Source of the DNA: an uncultured bacterium | GTDB taxonomy: Bacteria; Patescibacteriota; Microgenomatia; Levybacterales; UBA12049 | NCBI GenBank assembly: GCA_963826535.1 | Contig: CAWGXL010000011.1 | Location: 64,809 to 128,808 of the forward strand | Length of the DNA: 64,000 nt | Direction: 5' to 3' | Shown: piece after piece, positions 27,986 to 38,428 of the stretch | Layout: each line of letters begins with the position of its first letter | How positions within the stretch are numbered: position 1 is the stretch's first letter | Program-made: the position numbers and the translations under genes | The notes under the pieces: generated by a model | What the model saw: the letters and a program-made list of their open reading frames with translations, nothing else | Database searches by the model: none | What the model was told of the DNA's origin: nothing

Positions 27986-28777
27986 ATGGTTAGAATAAAA
28001 AAAACAGAAGAAAAAGTAAAAAAAAGCGTAACTGTGTCAGGCAAAACAAGGGTAACTAAACCTAAAAAGGCAACTATTGTTGCAAAATCAGTAGAAGGGA
28101 TAAAAAAATCAAATAAGCTGATGGCAGAAGTCTTTGATTTGGATGGCAAAATAGTAGAAAAAATTTCGCTTCCGGAGGAAATTTTCGGAGTCAAAATAAA
28201 TAAGGTGTTAATCGCACAGGCAGTAAGAGTTTATCGCGCTAATCAAAGGCAGGGTAACGCCTCAACCAAGACTCGCGGTGAAGTCCAGGGGTCAACACGG
28301 AAAATTTACCGCCAAAAAGGAACCGGCAGGGCTAGGCATGGATCAATACGCGCTCCAATTTTTGTGCATGGCGGAATTGTCGGCGGTCCCAAGCCCCGCG
28401 ATTACAGTTTGCATCTACCACAAAAAATGAAAAGGGCAGCGCTATTCTCTGCTCTGACTGATAAATTCGGCAAAGGAGAAATTAAGTTTCTGCAAGGATT
28501 TGAGAAGATCGAACCGAAAACTAAAAAGTTTATAAATGCTATGGACAAATTAGGTTTAAACGGAAAGAGGAAGAAAATTCTTATTATCACAGGTGCAGAA
28601 ATTGAAAATCTAAAAAGAGGTGCAAGGAACGTTGAAGGAGTAAGCATAACTGCAGCTATTAGATTAAATACATATGATATACTCAGCCATTGGCAAGTAC
28701 TATTTATGAAAGATGCGATAGTGGAATTAAAAAATCGTTTCTTAGATAAAGCGAAAATAGAGAGTAAAAAAATATGA
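27986..28777 (+). CDS. rplD: 50S ribosomal protein L4 with N-terminal K-rich extension
   Basis: [44 protein letters not shown]4 signature. Confidence 0.9.
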   Translation: MVRIKKTEEKVKKSVTVSGKTRVTKPKKATIVAKSVEGIKKSNKLMAEVFDLDGKIVEKISLPEEIFGVKINKVLIAQAVRVYRANQRQGNASTKTRGEVQGSTRKIYRQKGTGRARHGSIRAPIFVHGGIVGGPKPRDYSLHLPQKMKRAALFSALTDKFGKGEIKFLQGFEKIEPKTKKFINAMDKLGLNGKRKKILIITGAEIENLKRGARNVEGVSITAAIRLNTYDILSHWQVLFMKDAIVELKNRFLDKAKIESKKI

Positions 28778-29109
28778 ACAATCAGCAAGTTATTATTAGT
28801 CCAATTATTACTGAAAAGGCAATGAAGGCAACTGAAGGTGGAAAATATAGCTTCATAGTTGCAATTAAAGCTTCAAAATCAGATATAAAATTAGCTGTAG
28901 CAAGTATGTTTAAAGTAAGCGTTATAAATGTACAAACCAGCATCGTCAAAGGCAGGCAAAAAAGAAATGGCAGCCGGAGGATTGAAACTACTGAGCCGCA
29001 ATGGAAAAAAGCGATTGTTAAACTAAAAAAGGGAGAAAAAATAGGTATCTTTGAACCAGGAGGCGGGGACGAAGAAAAAGAGAAGAAAGACAAGAAAAAG
29101 AAGAAATAA
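28774..29109 (+). CDS. rplW: 50S ribosomal protein L23 with K/E-rich C-terminal tail
   Basis: IISPIITEKAMK...KYSFIV L23 pattern. 4-nt overlap with rplD. Confidence 0.85.
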   Translation: MNNQQVIISPIITEKAMKATEGGKYSFIVAIKASKSDIKLAVASMFKVSVINVQTSIVKGRQKRNGSRRIETTEPQWKKAIVKLKKGEKIGIFEPGGGDEEKEKKDKKKKK

Positions 29110-29137
29110 CGAGTTTTTAAAAAAATGATATAATGCT

Positions 29138-29887
29138 ATGAAACTAAAAATAATTCGAAAAAAACATGGAGGTCGTGATGCGCAAGGTAAAGTAGCAGTA
29201 AGGCATCAAGGAGGAGAGCACAAGCGATTTATCCGCAATATAGATTTTAAGCGTAACAAATTCAATATTGTCGGCAGGATTGAATCGATAGAATATGATC
29301 CAAATCGAACTTGCGACATAGCTCTTGTGCATTATGTTGACGGTGATAAGCGATATATTCTCGCGCCAGAGGGATTAAAGATAAATGATTCTATTCTTGC
29401 CGGGAAAGAAGTTGAGCCGAAAATCGGCAATGCCCTTCCTCTAGCCCAAATGCCTATTGGAACAATTGTTCATAATATTGAACTAACACCGGGAAGAGGC
29501 GGACAAATGGCCCGAAGCGCAGGTACGGCTGCGTCAGTCACGGCCCGGGAGAATGGGTTTGCCCATATCAAACTACCTTCAGGGGAATTACGAAGAATCA
29601 GAGAGGAAGCTCTTGCAACAGTCGGCCAATTAGGCAACGTTGAATGGAAAAACGAAAGTCTTGGTAAAGCCGGACGTTCCAGGAATATGGGTATTCGCCC
29701 GACAGTAAGAGGTGTCGCGCAAAATCCCCGCTCGCATCCGCATGGAGGAGGAGAAGGTCGTAGCGGAATCGGTATGCCCTCTCCTAAAACCTTTGCAGGA
29801 AGAAAAGCAGTAGGCAAAACACGCAAAAGGAATAAGCATTCGAATAAATATATTTTACAAAGAAGAAACAGCAAAAGAGATAAATAA
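29138..29887 (+). CDS. rplB: 50S ribosomal protein L2 (appears to lack the canonical N-terminal about 35 residues)
   Basis: VRHQGGEHKRFIRNIDFKRNK...YDPNRTCDIALV and GRSGIGMPSPKT L2 motifs. An in-frame stop 12 nt upstream precludes a longer N-terminus. Confidence 0.85.
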   Translation: MKLKIIRKKHGGRDAQGKVAVRHQGGEHKRFIRNIDFKRNKFNIVGRIESIEYDPNRTCDIALVHYVDGDKRYILAPEGLKINDSILAGKEVEPKIGNALPLAQMPIGTIVHNIELTPGRGGQMARSAGTAASVTARENGFAHIKLPSGELRRIREEALATVGQLGNVEWKNESLGKAGRSRNMGIRPTVRGVAQNPRSHPHGGGEGRSGIGMPSPKTFAGRKAVGKTRKRNKHSNKYILQRRNSKRDK

Positions 29888-29893
29888 TAAAAT

Positions 29894-30178
29894 ATGTCAA
29901 GAAGCAGTAAAAAAGGACCATACATTGACCCAAGAATATTAAAAAAAGTCCTGAAGCAAAAAGAAACGGGCAATAACGATCCAATTAAAACCTGGTCACG
30001 ACCATGTCAAATTCCACCAGAATTTGTAGGTCATACGTTCCACGTGCATAACGGGAAGAATTTTATTAAAGTCTTTGTACTTGAAAACATGGTAGGTTAT
30101 AGGCTTGGAGAATTTGCGCCTACCCGGATATTCAGAGGTCACGGAAAAGTAGTAGCAAGAGAAATTAGTAAAACTTAA
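29894..30178 (+). CDS. rpsS: 30S ribosomal protein S19
   Basis: [15 protein letters not shown]...[17 protein letters not shown]. Confidence 0.9.
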   Translation: MSRSSKKGPYIDPRILKKVLKQKETGNNDPIKTWSRPCQIPPEFVGHTFHVHNGKNFIKVFVLENMVGYRLGEFAPTRIFRGHGKVVAREISKT

Positions 30179-30191
30179 TAAAAAATATTAT

Positions 30192-30644
30192 ATGGAAATC
30201 AGAGCAGTTGCCAAATCAGTCAGAATGAGCCCAAGAAAAATCCGACTAGTCGCGGATATGGTTAGGAATCTCTCAATTGATAATGCCTTACTCGCGTTGC
30301 AGGCAACGCCAAAAAGAGCCGCACTACCGCTTGCAAAAACGCTCAAAAGCGCGGTTGCAAATGCAGTAAACAATGCCGGACTCGATAAAAATGGCCTGAT
30401 AATTGAAAGCATAAATATCACGGAAGGCAGCAGTCTTAAACGCTTCTGGCCATCCACAAGAGGAAGAATTCATCCGTATAAAAAGAGAAGTAGTAACATT
30501 AGAATTGTCTTAAAAGCAAAAGAAATAAAAGCAACGCCAAAAAAGAAAGAGGAGAAAAAAGGTAAAGAAGCTAAAAATCCGCCAGCTGGCCCCGATTTAA
30601 TCGGGACGGGCGGAGAAAAAGTGAGTAAGAAAGGGAAAAAATAA
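30192..30644 (+). CDS. rplV: 50S ribosomal protein L22 with about 45-aa K-rich C-terminal extension
   Basis: AVAKSVRMSPRKIRLVADMVRN L22 start. Extension contains PAGPDLIGTGGEK. Confidence 0.85.
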   Translation: MEIRAVAKSVRMSPRKIRLVADMVRNLSIDNALLALQATPKRAALPLAKTLKSAVANAVNNAGLDKNGLIIESINITEGSSLKRFWPSTRGRIHPYKKRSSNIRIVLKAKEIKATPKKKEEKKGKEAKNPPAGPDLIGTGGEKVSKKGKK

Positions 30645-31294
30645 TGGGGCAGAAAGTTAATCCACATATTATAAGAATAGGAACTGTTTACAACTGGGAC
30701 AGTCGCTGGTTTGATGAAAAGCGATATAAAGAAACTGTGTTAGAAGATTACCAGATTCGGAAAAATTTAATGGAGAGACTAAAGATCGCCGGAATAGCCA
30801 AAACAGAAATTGAGCGGTCAATCAATAGTTTACGAATAATAGTTTATGTTTCACGCCCGGGTATTGTAATTGGGCGAGCCGGTACGGGTCTTGAAGATCT
30901 GAAAAAATTTATTACACAACTATTCCGGAAAATTCGAAATGGCAAAAATCTGCCTAAGCTTGATATCCGGGTAGAGCCGGTTAAGGAGCCAAACCTTGAT
31001 GCATATTTAGTAGCAACTAATGTTGCGGATCAGCTCTTGAGACGTCTTCCTTTCAAAAGAATACTGGCAACCACAGCAGATAAAGTAATGACCGCCCGCG
31101 CAAAAGGGGTAAAAATCGTACTTTCCGGTCGTATAGGAGGATCAGAAATAGGCAGACGCGAAAAAATTCATATTGGTACAGTACCACTTTCAACAATCCG
31201 GGAAGATATCAGTTACGCCCAGGTTCCTGCGTTAACCAAAAAGGGCTATATTGGGGTAAAAGTATGGATAAATAGAGCACAAGAGAAAAAATAG
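30644..31294 (+). CDS. rpsC: 30S ribosomal protein S3
   Basis: MGQKVNPHIIRIGTVYNWDSRWF KH-domain start. Confidence 0.9.
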   Translation: MGQKVNPHIIRIGTVYNWDSRWFDEKRYKETVLEDYQIRKNLMERLKIAGIAKTEIERSINSLRIIVYVSRPGIVIGRAGTGLEDLKKFITQLFRKIRNGKNLPKLDIRVEPVKEPNLDAYLVATNVADQLLRRLPFKRILATTADKVMTARAKGVKIVLSGRIGGSEIGRREKIHIGTVPLSTIREDISYAQVPALTKKGYIGVKVWINRAQEKK

Positions 31295-31360
31295 CTGTCA
31301 GCTATTAGCTATCAGCTTTTAGATGTATGATAGCAGAAAACTGAAAGCGAAAAGCTAACT
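31292..31360 (+). repeat. Structured intergenic repeat in the r-protein cluster, copy 2 (before rplP)
   Basis: Sequence tagctgtcagctattagctatcagcttttagatgtatgatagcagaaa is near-identical to copy 3. Confidence 0.55.
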
Positions 31361-31361
31361 T

Positions 31362-31769
31362 ATGTTAGAGCCAAGAAAACAAAAATATAGAAAGCAGATG
31401 CGAGATAACATGAAGGGGCGGGCAACCCGCGGGTTAAGTTTGGCATTCGGCGAATTTGGTTTATCCACCCAAGATATGGGATGGATCTCAAGTAAACAAA
31501 TTGAGGCTGCTCGCCGTGCTATAGCGCACTATACACAAAGAGGAGGAAGAATCTGGATTAGAATTTTTCCTGATAAGCCAATCAGTAAAAAGCCGCCGGA
31601 GGTAAGAATGGGTGGCGGAAAAGGAGACTTACACGAATTTGTCGCACCGGTCAAACCCGGAAGAATGCTTTTTGAAATGAGCGGAGTGACACTGGAGATT
31701 GCGAAAGAGGCATTAAGATTGGCCTCTCATAAATTACCGGTTAAAACAAAATTTGTAGTAAAAGAATAA
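31362..31769 (+). CDS. rplP: 50S ribosomal protein L16
   Basis: [25 protein letters not shown]16 start. Confidence 0.9.
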   Translation: MLEPRKQKYRKQMRDNMKGRATRGLSLAFGEFGLSTQDMGWISSKQIEAARRAIAHYTQRGGRIWIRIFPDKPISKKPPEVRMGGGKGDLHEFVAPVKPGRMLFEMSGVTLEIAKEALRLASHKLPVKTKFVVKE

Positions 31770-31821
31770 CATACAACTGGAGTCCTGACTAAGTCGGGAT
31801 GATAAGGAAAATAAAAATAAT

Positions 31822-32031
31822 ATGAAAGCGAAAGATAAAAAAGAATTACACGGAAGAACGGAAAACGAATTATTAAAAATGGTTAAAGACGGGGAAGAGA
31901 TCTTATTGACGTACAGACTCGACAAAGTGCAGAATAAATTGAAAAATACGCGCGATTTGTTTAATACACGCAAAAAAATTGCTATTTTGCGCACAATTTT
32001 AAGAGAAAAGGAGTTGATCAAAAATGTCTAA
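31822..32031 (+). CDS. rpmC: 50S ribosomal protein L29
   Basis: 69-aa helical protein at the conserved position between rplP and rpsQ. Confidence 0.7.
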   Translation: MKAKDKKELHGRTENELLKMVKDGEEILLTYRLDKVQNKLKNTRDLFNTRKKIAILRTILREKELIKNV

Positions 32032-32341
32032 AATATTGCAAGGAAAAGTTATATCTAATAAAATGAAAGGGACTGCGGTTGTCGAAGTATCCCGAATTTT
32101 TCCTCATCCGTTGTATAAAAAACTTCTAAAAAGAAGCAAAAAATATAAAGTTGATACCAAGGGCGAGAAACTGGAAGTTGGCAAAATAGTGAAAATAATC
32201 GAAACCAGGCCAATTGCCAAAGACAAACACTTTGCGATTTATACAAACGCAAAGAAACCTGTTGTGTCAGCAACAAAAGAAAAAACAACTAAGAGTTTGT
32301 TTGAAAAGCCAAAAAAGTTGTTATCTCGACCGAAGCGATAG
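32024..32341 (+). CDS. rpsQ: 30S ribosomal protein S17
   Basis: KVISNKMKGTAVVEV...KYKVD...ETRPI S17 pattern. Confidence 0.85.
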   Translation: MSKILQGKVISNKMKGTAVVEVSRIFPHPLYKKLLKRSKKYKVDTKGEKLEVGKIVKIIETRPIAKDKHFAIYTNAKKPVVSATKEKTTKSLFEKPKKLLSRPKR

Positions 32342-32453
32342 CGTAGTGGAGAGATCTCACCCCACAAAGTTGCTAGGTGGTATGAGATTCACCCAAAGGG
32401 TACTATCCACTTTGTGGTGTCGCCTAGACTCCTGTTGGTCGCTCGGAATGACA
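32342..32453. repeat. MITE-like palindromic element, copy 1 (truncated left end), family with GTCATT...AATGAC termini
   Basis: Region 32342-32453 is a near reverse-complement match to 46229-46341 (shared cgtagtggagRgatctca and ggtcgctcgRaatgaca blocks). It starts at the rpsQ stop codon. Confidence 0.55.
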
Positions 32454-32493
32454 AATTTTAAACAGACTCTAAGATAAAAAAGGAGAAAAAAGT

Positions 32494-32868
32494 ATGATAC
32501 AAATGCGAACGATTCTTACCGCAGCAGATAATAGCGGGGCAAAACAACTAACAGTTATCCATGTTTTCGGTGGCTCGAAGAGAAGATTTGGACACATTGG
32601 AGACATTGTTAATGTTGTGGTTAAAACAGCCATGCCGCATGGCCAGGTAAAAGATGGTGAGATATGCAAGGCTGTTGTAGTCCGAACCAGAAAAGAATAT
32701 CGCCGGTCTGACGGATCATACATTAGATTTTCAAATAATGCGGCAGTAATTATCGATAATGCCAAAGACAAAAATCCTAAAGGCACGCGTATTTTTGGTC
32801 CGATTGCCCGTGAAGTCCGTGAAGCTGGGTTTGCCAAAATTGCCAGTATGGCAACGGAGGTAGTGTAG
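32494..32868 (+). CDS. rplN: 50S ribosomal protein L14
   Basis: [17 protein letters not shown]...[11 protein letters not shown]14 signature. Confidence 0.9.
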   Translation: MIQMRTILTAADNSGAKQLTVIHVFGGSKRRFGHIGDIVNVVVKTAMPHGQVKDGEICKAVVVRTRKEYRRSDGSYIRFSNNAAVIIDNAKDKNPKGTRIFGPIAREVREAGFAKIASMATEVV

Positions 32869-32914
32869 ATGAGGGTAAAAGGTAAAGGGTTAAGGGTAAA
32901 GAAAAATAAACAGT

Positions 32915-33232
32915 ATGAAACTCAAAAAAGGTGACGAAGTAAAAATAACAATTGGAAAAGATGCCGGTAAAACCGGAAAGATCGAAAAAGTATTTACCAA
33001 AGAACAAAAAGTGCTTGTCTCAGGTGCGAACCAGTATAAAAGGCATGTGAAGGCGCGCGTTCCGGGCAAAAAGTCGGAAATTATAACAATTACTAAACCT
33101 TTACCCGTAGGCAATGTTGCGCTCATTTGTCAAAAATGCAAGCAACTAACCAGAGTTGGATACAAATTTATTAAAGATGATAAAATAAGAATTTGTAGAA
33201 AATGTAACGAGGAAATAAGTGAGAAAAAGTGA
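32915..33232 (+). CDS. rplX: 50S ribosomal protein L24 (KOW) with C-terminal CxxC...CxxC zinc-ribbon-like tail
   Basis: KKGDEVKITIGKDAGKTGKI KOW motif. C-terminal CQKC...CRKC. Confidence 0.8.
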   Translation: MKLKKGDEVKITIGKDAGKTGKIEKVFTKEQKVLVSGANQYKRHVKARVPGKKSEIITITKPLPVGNVALICQKCKQLTRVGYKFIKDDKIRICRKCNEEISEKK

Positions 33233-33816
33233 CATATATGGAAAGCAAAACTTTACAAGAACAATTTAAAACAACGATAGCCAAGAAATTGCAGGAGAAG
33301 CTGAAAATGAAAAACTTACTGGCTCTACCGCATATGACTAAAATAGTTGTCAATATCGGAGTAAAAGATGCTGTCGTAGACAAGAAAAATATTGAACGGA
33401 TGGAAAAGGCACTATCCTTAATTACAGGCCAAAAACCAAAAATCACTAAAGCCAAAAAGGCTATTGCTACTTTTAAGCTACGCCAAGGCGATCCGATCGG
33501 TCTGGTCGTTACAATTCGCGGTAAAAGAATGTATGCATTTTTTGAAAAAATTGTTAAAATTGTACTTCCCCGCATGAGAGATTTTCGCGGCATCAATAGA
33601 AAAAGTTTTGACGGACATGGAAATTATACTCTTGGGCTGCATGAATATTCGGTTTTTCCGGAGATTGATCCGGCTAGCGTAGATAGGTTACAAGGACTGG
33701 AAATTATATTTGTTACAACCGCGCCAGACAATAATACAGGCATTATATTACTTGAAGCAATGGGGATGCCATTCGCAAAAGAACTCGCACAGCGAAAAGC
33801 TGGAGATATGGTATAA
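33229..33816 (+). CDS. rplE: 50S ribosomal protein L5
   Basis: Conserved position. NRKSFDGHGNYTLGLHEYSVFPEI L5 motif. Confidence 0.85.
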   Translation: MTYMESKTLQEQFKTTIAKKLQEKLKMKNLLALPHMTKIVVNIGVKDAVVDKKNIERMEKALSLITGQKPKITKAKKAIATFKLRQGDPIGLVVTIRGKRMYAFFEKIVKIVLPRMRDFRGINRKSFDGHGNYTLGLHEYSVFPEIDPASVDRLQGLEIIFVTTAPDNNTGIILLEAMGMPFAKELAQRKAGDMV

Positions 33817-33983
33817 TTCCAAAGCTGATAAAAATATGACATTAAATTCGAATATCGAAGCACGAAATTCGAAACAAATTCAAATGTTCAAAATACAAAT
33901 GACAAAAACGTTTTGAATTTGAAAATTAGAATTTTGAAAATTGTTTAGGATTTCGATATTCGGATTTCGGATTTATTTAGGAT

Positions 33984-34169
33984 ATGGCTAAATTATCAAA
34001 CATTGTAAAATTTAAAAGAAAACAAAAATTTGCGGTCCGCATGATGAGCCGCTGTGGTATTTGCGGGAGAAACCGTGCGTATATGCGTAGGTTCGGTTTA
34101 TGCAGAATTTGTTTTCGCGAAAGAGCAATGAAGGGCGAATTGCCCGGAGTACTTAAAGCAAGTTGGTAA
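33984..34169 (+). CDS. rpsZ: 30S ribosomal protein S14 type Z (zinc-binding)
   Basis: 61 aa with [23 protein letters not shown] zinc-ribbon S14 signature. Confidence 0.9.
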   Translation: MAKLSNIVKFKRKQKFAVRMMSRCGICGRNRAYMRRFGLCRICFRERAMKGELPGVLKASW

Positions 34170-34215
34170 GCCCGGTTAAACTCCGATTAAATTGGAGAAT
34201 TCGGGATAAAAATAT

Positions 34216-34608
34216 ATGATGAATTATACGACAGGAGATTTTATTATACAGTTGAAAAATGCATCCCGAGCTAGAATTAGAGAGGTATATATGCCCTTTT
34301 CCAATACCAAAAAAGCTATCGGGAAAGTATTAATAAAAGAAAGATTTCTAGAAGAAGTTAAAGAGGAAGAAATTGAAGGGAAAAAAGTATTATATGTAAA
34401 ACTTCGATATCAGGCAAGGCGCCCAGTATTAACTGACGTTGCTATAGTTTCCAAGCCATCTCTGCGGGTATATGTTGGCGCAAATGAAATAGTTAAGTAT
34501 CAAAGAGGGGCACAAACAGCCATCCTATCAACTAATAACGGTATAATGACCGGAAAGGAGGCCTTAAAAAAAGGGGTCGGTGGCGAACTCCTCTTTAAGA
34601 TTTGGTAG
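34216..34608 (+). CDS. rpsH: 30S ribosomal protein S8
   Basis: TGDFIIQLKNA...ILSTNNGIMTGKEA S8 pattern. Confidence 0.85.
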   Translation: MMNYTTGDFIIQLKNASRARIREVYMPFSNTKKAIGKVLIKERFLEEVKEEEIEGKKVLYVKLRYQARRPVLTDVAIVSKPSLRVYVGANEIVKYQRGAQTAILSTNNGIMTGKEALKKGVGGELLFKIW

Positions 34609-34612
34609 TAAT

Positions 34613-35164
34613 ATGTCAAAAATAGGAAAAGCGTCAATTGAAATAAAAAGCGGTATAACAACATCAATACAAGGAAGTATCGTAAAAATAGCAGGCCCAA
34701 AAGGGCAATTTGAATATCATGTTCCAGTTGGATTTGAAATTGTTATAAATGAGGGGAAAATACAGGTATTGCCAAAAGGGAAAACGGATAAAAATAGCAG
34801 CGCGATGTATGGATTAGTAAGAGCAAGTATTGCTAATATGGTAAAAGGCGTAGAAAAAGAATTCGAAAAAAAACTTGAACTATCCGGAGTTGGCTACAAA
34901 GCGCAAATGCAGGGACAAGATTTGATGCTCTCGCTTGGCTTCGCGCGTCCTGTGAATTACAAATCCAAGCCCGGTATAAAAATTGCAGTTGTTGATAACG
35001 TTGTTGTTATTACGGGAATAGATAAGTCGCTGGTTGGTGAGGCTGCGGCAAAAATCCGCGCAATCAAACCGCCTGAGCCATATAAAGGAAAAGGGATTAA
35101 ATATAAAGGCGAAAAAATAAGAAGAAAAGCTGGAAAAGCTGCCAAAGCAGTCGGAACTAAATGA
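34613..35164 (+). CDS. rplF: 50S ribosomal protein L6 (start placed at the ATG after the rpsH stop; the longer ORF from 34580 overlaps rpsH)
   Basis: MSKIGKASIEI...two-domain L6 pattern. Confidence 0.8.
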   Translation: MSKIGKASIEIKSGITTSIQGSIVKIAGPKGQFEYHVPVGFEIVINEGKIQVLPKGKTDKNSSAMYGLVRASIANMVKGVEKEFEKKLELSGVGYKAQMQGQDLMLSLGFARPVNYKSKPGIKIAVVDNVVVITGIDKSLVGEAAAKIRAIKPPEPYKGKGIKYKGEKIRRKAGKAAKAVGTK

Positions 35165-35243
35165 GACGAAGACGCAAGACTTAAGATGTAAGGCTTAAGG
35201 TTTGCGAACATATATCGTATATCGTAAGTCTAAAGTCATAAAT

Positions 35244-35573
35244 ATGAGCAGAATAAAAAGAGAAAAAAGAATAAGAAAGAAGATTGAACATGTCTCGAAT
35301 AGGCCAAGGTTGAGCGTTTTCAGGTCCAACAAATATGTGTATGCGCAAATCGTCGACAAATTTGGCAAAACTCTTTTGGGTCTGACGGAAAAAAGCTTAG
35401 AAAAAAAAGGGGCAACCAGAATTGAAAACGCAAAAGAATTAGGGAAAGCTATTGCGAAAATCGCGCTTGATAAAAAAATTAAAGAAGTCGTCTTTGACAA
35501 GGGTAGATTTGCATATCACGGAAAAGTCAAGGCCGTGGCTGAAGGAGCAAGAGAAGGAGGATTACAGTTTTAA
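35244..35573 (+). CDS. rplR: 50S ribosomal protein L18
   Basis: RKKIEHVSNRPRLSVFRSNKYVYAQIVD L18 signature. Start chosen at MSRIKREK. Confidence 0.85.
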   Translation: MSRIKREKRIRKKIEHVSNRPRLSVFRSNKYVYAQIVDKFGKTLLGLTEKSLEKKGATRIENAKELGKAIAKIALDKKIKEVVFDKGRFAYHGKVKAVAEGAREGGLQF

Positions 35574-35579
35574 AAGACT

Positions 35580-36068
35580 ATGAATTATAACAGACGAGAC
35601 CAAGCGCAATCAGAATACGAAGAACAAATTGTGGAAATCAACCGGGTCTCCAAAAAAACCAAGGGGGGTAATAAAATCGGCTTTTCCGCTTTAGCTGTTG
35701 TCGGAGACAAGAAAGGCAAAGTAGGCGTGGGACTCGGAAAAGCGCCTGATGTCTCGGCCGCGATTAAAAAAGGGATCAGCCGGGCAAAAAAGCACTTAAT
35801 TGAAGTACCGCTAACCCGCGGAACAATTCCTTTTAGAATAGATATCAAACTCGGTGCAGCTAAGATTATGCTCAAGCCGGCGCCTCCCGGGAGTGGTATT
35901 ATTGCAGGAGGCGCAGTGAGAAGCGTTGTTGCAGCAGCGGGAATTCAAAATATCTCAACTAAAGTTCTTGGTACAACCAATCCCGCCAGCAATGTAGCGG
36001 CGACTATAGAAGCCCTGAAGAGATTAAGTGACCTGGCTCAACGGGATATAGCGCGAAGAAAGTTATGA
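35580..36068 (+). CDS. rpsE: 30S ribosomal protein S5
   Basis: VSKKTKGGNKIGFSALAVVGDKKGKVGVGLGKA S5 motif. Confidence 0.9.
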   Translation: MNYNRRDQAQSEYEEQIVEINRVSKKTKGGNKIGFSALAVVGDKKGKVGVGLGKAPDVSAAIKKGISRAKKHLIEVPLTRGTIPFRIDIKLGAAKIMLKPAPPGSGIIAGGAVRSVVAAAGIQNISTKVLGTTNPASNVAATIEALKRLSDLAQRDIARRKL

Positions 36069-36514
36069 ATTTAACTGATCTAACCAAAATAACAGCTAAA
36101 AGTAAAAAAAGAGTCGGCCGTGGGCATGGTAGTGGCCGAGGTAAAACATCCGGCAGAGGCACAAAGGGTCAACTTGCAAGGAATAATCCGAAGCTTGATT
36201 TTGACGGCGACGGAACTCCTTTAATTAGAAAACTTCCCTTCCTGCGTGGAAAAGGAAGAAATAATTCATTACAACAAAAACCATTAATTATCAATATCGA
36301 CAGCCTCAATATATTTTCTGAAGGAGCAGTTGTAGACATCGAAGCTCTTGTCAAGCACAGGTTGGTTCGTCTCAATGAAGCAAAAGAATATGGAGTAAAA
36401 ATTTTAGGAGACGGGGAAATCCAAAAATCTTTAACTATAAAACTACCCATCTCCAAAAACGCTGCCAAAAAAATTGAAGTAGCAGGAGGCAAAATCGAAT
36501 TGTTACATGAATAA
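36065..36514 (+). CDS. rplO: 50S ribosomal protein L15 (no L30 gene between rpsE and rplO)
   Basis: [23 protein letters not shown]15 motif. 4-nt overlap with rpsE. Confidence 0.9.
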   Translation: MNLTDLTKITAKSKKRVGRGHGSGRGKTSGRGTKGQLARNNPKLDFDGDGTPLIRKLPFLRGKGRNNSLQQKPLIINIDSLNIFSEGAVVDIEALVKHRLVRLNEAKEYGVKILGDGEIQKSLTIKLPISKNAAKKIEVAGGKIELLHE

Positions 36515-37799
36515 ATTTCTCGATATCCTGAAAAACAGCTTTAAATCGCCGGAAATTCGTAAAAAGATCTTATTTACTCTTTTCATCCTTTTCATAGTCA
36601 GAATTTTCGCGCATATCCCAGTTGCCGGTGTAAATCTGGAAGCCCTCAAAAATTTATTTGACAGCAATCAATTTCTCAGTTTGCTTAATATTTTTTCAGG
36701 AGGCACACTGGCAAATTTTTCAATTATAGGTCTTGGGCTCAATCCATATATTAACGCTTCGATTATAATTCAATTACTAACCATGGTTTTCCCAAAGCTC
36801 GAAGAACTCTCGAAAGAAGGAGACTCGGGAAGAAGAAAGATTAATCAATATACTAGATTTTTGACAATTCCCTTAGCTGTGCTCCAGGGCATCGGCATGT
36901 ATGCACTCCTTAATAGCCAAGGAATTATAGGCGCTCTTAGTCCGGTGGCGTTTATCTCATTTGTAGCAATCATGACTTCCGGTACAGTTTTTCTAGTCTG
37001 GCTGGGTGAACTAATTACTGAACGCGGAATTGGCAACGGAATTTCGCTCTTAATTGCGGCGGGTATCTTAGGCGGGATTCCGGTTATAATCGGACAAACA
37101 CTTACAACTGCTACAGCTGAAACCGCAGCGAACACTTTGATACTTATCGCATTATCCCTAGTCGTTATCGCAGGTATTATAGTTGTCAATGAAGCAACGC
37201 GACAAATTACTGTCTTTTACGCCAAACGTGTACGGGGAAACAAAACGTATGGCGGACAGACCACGCATTTGCCCCTTCGCCTCAATCAGGCAGGCGTTAT
37301 TCCGATCATTTTCGCGGTTTCAATAGTTCTACTACCGGCCTTGCTGGCGAATTTCCTGCGTACTTCAAATAATCAAATTCTACGCAGCATATCAGAGAAT
37401 GTTAATATCTGGTTTGATCCAAGCGGCGTTATATACAATGTTTTTTACTTCCTGCTTGTTGTTGGTTTTACTTATTTCTACACGGCAATTATTTTCAACC
37501 CAAAAAAAATTGCCGAAGAAATCCAAAAGTATGGCGGCTTTATTCCGGGAATCAGGCCAGGGAAGCCTACCTCCGTATACCTTAATTACATTCTAGTCAG
37601 AATTACACTGGTTGGTGCAAGCTTTTTGGGAATTATTGCCATCATGCCATCCTTTGCCGGTACAGCAACCGGTATTCAGACATTATTCCTCGGAGGCACA
37701 GGAGTTCTTATCGTGGTAAGTGTCATCCTTGAGACTTTCAAATCCATTGAAGCCAGTTTAGTCATGAGAAACTATGAATCATTTTTACAAACTAAATAA
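36507..37799 (+). CDS. secY: Preprotein translocase subunit SecY
   Basis: 430 aa with 10 TMs. Conserved operon position after rplO. Confidence 0.9.
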   Translation: MNKFLDILKNSFKSPEIRKKILFTLFILFIVRIFAHIPVAGVNLEALKNLFDSNQFLSLLNIFSGGTLANFSIIGLGLNPYINASIIIQLLTMVFPKLEELSKEGDSGRRKINQYTRFLTIPLAVLQGIGMYALLNSQGIIGALSPVAFISFVAIMTSGTVFLVWLGELITERGIGNGISLLIAAGILGGIPVIIGQTLTTATAETAANTLILIALSLVVIAGIIVVNEATRQITVFYAKRVRGNKTYGGQTTHLPLRLNQAGVIPIIFAVSIVLLPALLANFLRTSNNQILRSISENVNIWFDPSGVIYNVFYFLLVVGFTYFYTAIIFNPKKIAEEIQKYGGFIPGIRPGKPTSVYLNYILVRITLVGASFLGIIAIMPSFAGTATGIQTLFLGGTGVLIVVSVILETFKSIEASLVMRNYESFLQTK

Positions 37800-37863
37800 C
37801 ATTTAAAAGACCTCACCCTACCCTCTCCTATGAGGAGAGGGAAAATGAGGATGGAATAATTAT

Positions 37864-38421
37864 ATGAAGTTAATTTTACTGGGTATACAGGGAGCGGGCA
37901 AATCAACACAAGGAAACCTGCTCAAGAAAAAATTCAACATTCATTACCTTTCAACGGGTCACATCTTCCGTGATCTAGCCAAAGAGCATACTATTATTGG
38001 AAGAAGAATAAAAGAAACCATGAACGCGGGCTATCTTATACCTGACAAGCAAACTTTGAAAATAGTCTCCGAGTATTTAAGCCGCCCTGAATATCAAAAA
38101 GGCTATATTATGGATGGATTCCCTAGAACTGTCAAACAAGCCGAGAGTTTCGAAAACGGTATTGATAAGGTAATTTATCTTAAGGTTTCAGATCCTGAAG
38201 CACTATGGCGGCTCTCCTTCCGTAACCATGATGACGGTAGGCAAGACGAAACGCTTGCTGCAATTCGCAAACGGATTATGTTATATCATAAATATACTGA
38301 CCCGGTGCTGGATTTCTACAGAAAGCATAGGAAGCTTGTAGAAATTGACGGGGAACAAAAGATAATAGATATTCACAGGGAAATCCTCGACAAACTAGGA
38401 ATAAAAAACCATAAAAAATAA
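37864..38421 (+). CDS. adk: Adenylate kinase (short form without zinc lid)
   Basis: GIQGAGKSTQ P-loop, YIMDGFPRTVKQAE NMP-binding motif. Confidence 0.85.
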   Translation: MKLILLGIQGAGKSTQGNLLKKKFNIHYLSTGHIFRDLAKEHTIIGRRIKETMNAGYLIPDKQTLKIVSEYLSRPEYQKGYIMDGFPRTVKQAESFENGIDKVIYLKVSDPEALWRLSFRNHDDGRQDETLAAIRKRIMLYHKYTDPVLDFYRKHRKLVEIDGEQKIIDIHREILDKLGIKNHKK

Positions 38422-38428
38422 ATCCTCT

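Noticed and set aside
27065-30667. Numerous minus-strand ORFs (60-170 aa) antisense to r-protein genes
   Set aside because: They overlap highly conserved plus-strand r-protein genes and have biased, low-complexity composition.
36050-36075. Apparent absence of rpmD (L30) between rpsE and rplO
   Set aside because: rpsE and rplO overlap by 4 nt with no space for a gene. L30 absence is a known trait of some reduced lineages and not an assembly gap.
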